From contig LSRY02000055.1 in assembly GCA_001643675.2 (NCBI GenBank), positions 1-64,000 on the forward strand: a DNA stretch of 64,000 nt. The letters are read 5' to 3'. Below are positions 61,301 to 64,000 of this stretch, piece after piece. Position numbers and translations under genes: made by a program. The DNA is from Monocercomonoides exilis PA203 (Eukaryota > Protista > Preaxostyla). Position 1 is the first letter of the stretch. Every line of letters begins with the position of its first letter. Under the pieces are notes generated by a model that made no database searches, was not told the DNA's origin, and saw only the letters and a list, made by a program, of their open reading frames with translations.

Positions 61301-63287
61301 AGCATTTTACTGGTAAAAAGGCAAGCTTATAATTCTTTCTGCTTCTCTTTCTCTTTCTTCTCTCAGCTTCCTTTCTTTGATTCGCATCAATCTTTCGTCT
61401 ATTTCCTTCTTAACCTTCATCTAATACTCCTTTCACCACATCCTGTCTTTTTCTTCCTCCTAAAACCACTTGTCATCTCAAAGCGCATTGTGACATATAG
61501 ATATTGGAATCAGTGTTCTTTCTGGTGTCAGCAACGAATATAGCGAAAGAAAATTTGTATTCTTCTTCTCCTCTTTCCCCCTCTTCATCCCTTCCAATGA
61601 AGCATGAATGCTGCTTCGTAGATCCTTTGCGTGTTTGTTGAAACATTGTGGAGGGATAAATAAAGAAATCTGAGAGATAGACAAAGCAGAGGATGATGAT
61701 TGAGAAACAGATGGGGTCAAAGCTTTGTTAGCAGTTGTATTCTTTGACATAAAGAAATCATCATCTTCTTCTTGAAGCAGAACCATGTTATCTTTGCTGC
61801 ATTTCTTCCTTCAAGCTGCCTTTTTTTTGTCTTTTCCTTTGGATCACTGAAAAACGTTTTGACGCTCTGTGAATAAGAAGAAAATGATGATGAAATCACT
61901 GAATATGTGTCACCAGCATGCCTGCTTTTCTTCGAAGCCGATTTTGATGCTTCAGACTTGCCCCAATTCAACACACACAGTTCGCTTTTCCTTCTCTCTT
62001 CACACTTTTCGTCCTCCACACAAAATTGCCCCTTTCCTCTTCTGTTCTTTTTCACATTGCATTAACACCTACGACTTCTTCTTCCTGCTTCTTAACAATT
62101 GAACATTAAAACTCTTCCTCTGAAACGACTTTTCCAGACAATTGTTATTCTTCGAAGTATTAAACTCTAAATGATGTTTTGCTTCCATCAGATGACTCCA
62201 AATGGATCATTCTATCAACTTTTCTCTTTGAAGTTCTATCTTTCTCTATTTTTTATTATTTCTCATGTTCAATTCTTATCTCTTTTTCTTTTTTTCATTC
62301 AATCGTTTGTTCTTTCTCATACAAATTCTTCATTTTCTTCCTGTTGACTTCTTTTTCTTTTCTTCCCAGCATCTGCCTGAAGAACTCCACCTCAAACAAA
62401 AGGGCATCGGCATAACAGAAGAACGATGGATGGAAAAGCGGTGTTAACGAAGGAGAAGAACACATCAGAGTGAATAGGTGAGTGTGTGGGTGTGTTATAA
62501 AAAGAAGGCGCATGTTTTGATGAGTGCGTGAATTGAGAAAGAGGCAGCAGAGACGAAGGTTGAGCCGGGAGATGGAAATCAGAGAGGAAGAAGAGAGAGG
62601 ATAAGGAATTGTTTGTGTGATTGAACTGAGGCATGGCTCACTGCTGTCAAAGGAAGTTTTCACAGAGGCAGCTGAAGAAGAAGTCGATAAAGATGCTGCA
62701 GTTGGTTTTGCAAAAACAGAAAGGGAATTTGACAATGAAGAGAAAGAAGACGAGTTTGAAGTCATTCCAAATATTGTTGTTTGAGCATTTGCAGCTTGAT
62801 AAATGTGCTTGTTTTTGTGGAAATTTGGATGGTTCGTGATAGTGGGCACCAAGATTTCTTCTTCTCTCTTTCCTTACCCGCTCATCTTCTCCTCTTTCTT
62901 CTTCAAAGTCATCCATGTCCAAAATGTCGTATCGAGTGCCTGAAACATCATAGCTCAGTTCGTTGAGTCTTCCTTCTCCCTTTAAAGACGAAGCAAAAAC
63001 AGGAGAATGGTACACCAGTGAAGAACAAGGTGATGAGTTTTCAGTCAATTCTCGTTCTTACATTGCATGTTAATGTTTGCTGTTTTATCTTTGTTCTCTA
63101 TCAGCTTTTTCAGCTTCTCTCTTTCTGAGATCAAATCCTCCAGCGACTCAAAAAAGTTATCCATTTCTCTGCACCACTTCACTACACAATCACGAATGAA
63201 TGAGACATTGATGTTGAAGTGAATTAGATATTCCATGAAGATATTTGAGATTGTTCTGTTTAAGAAGAAAAAAAGGAAGAAGAAGAG

Positions 63288-63319
<32 letters not shown>

Positions 63320-64000
63320 AGAATTGGAAGGATAAGAAGACAATGAAGATGAAACAGCAGAAGGAGAACAAGAAGAAGAAAATGAAGAGGAAAAGAGATA
63401 AACCTGAGGTATATCATGAGGAGCAAAAGAGTTGGAGCGATGAAGATGGAGATGATGATTTCTTTTGCGATGAGAAAGATGAGAAAGATGAGAATAATTG
63501 GTAGAAGGTGGGAAGAAATCAGTTGTGGTGCTGTTGGGGTATTTTTGAGGAAGAAGAATGAGAATTAAAAGAAGGAGGAGGAGAAGAAGAAGGTGAAGAA
63601 GGTGAAGAAGAGGAAGAGGAAGAAAGCGAAAAGGAACAAAATATGGAAGATTTGAATCACAAAGAAAAAGAAGAAGAAGAAGGTGAAAAATCAGAAGATG
63701 ATAAGGGTTTGAAGGTGGGACAATTGAGAATTGTGAAACGAATTTAAACCTTTTTGAAAGATGTTGAAAATGACTTGAGGAATGTCGATTGATAAAAATA
63801 ATTCATTCGCTGAGTTGATTTCAGATGAAATAGACAATCTTCATTACAAAACATGTGAAAATCAGAGAGATACAAACAGATGAAGAAGTTAGTCCACAAA
63901 TCATCGACTGCCTTTGAGTGGTTGAACTGCTTTGCACCTCAGAAAAAGAAAATTGTGTTTGTCCGTTGGCGTTCATAATTCAAACGAACTTAACATCTGA
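58400..64000 (-). pseudogene. Long decayed Ser/Glu/Lys-rich coding region, product unknown
   Basis: A succession of short minus-strand ORFs with low-complexity coding composition, broken by stops and frameshifts. Confidence 0.4.

Overview
AT-rich eukaryotic chromosome end. Positions 1-2452 are a (CCCTAA)n telomere, followed by about 61 kb of subtelomeric DNA. The short GT-AG introns (often GTTTG/GTGTG donors), long (TTC)n tracts, an expanded lineage-specific gene family and beta-helix-type surface proteins suggest a metamonad protist, probably an oxymonad such as Monocercomonoides. That assignment is inference only. The main signal has two parts. (1) The telomere tract is interrupted five times by an identical 11-bp motif, CCTAGTTTGAA, and the same motif forms the telomere/subtelomere junction. 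(2) The first gene inward is an intact, spliced ~1000-aa tyrosine recombinase fused to a C-terminal Myb/telobox-like domain, with no reverse transcriptase nearby. Together these suggest a possibly undescribed telomere-targeted site-specific recombination system. The window also holds a 20 x 30-aa repeat protein, a structurally complete but slightly decayed DIRS1-type retrotransposon, a pogo/DDE_1 transposase pseudogene, several nested MITE/foldback elements, three paralogs of one 3-exon gene family, two type-I membrane surface proteins, an ABCC pseudogene and much decayed coding sequence.
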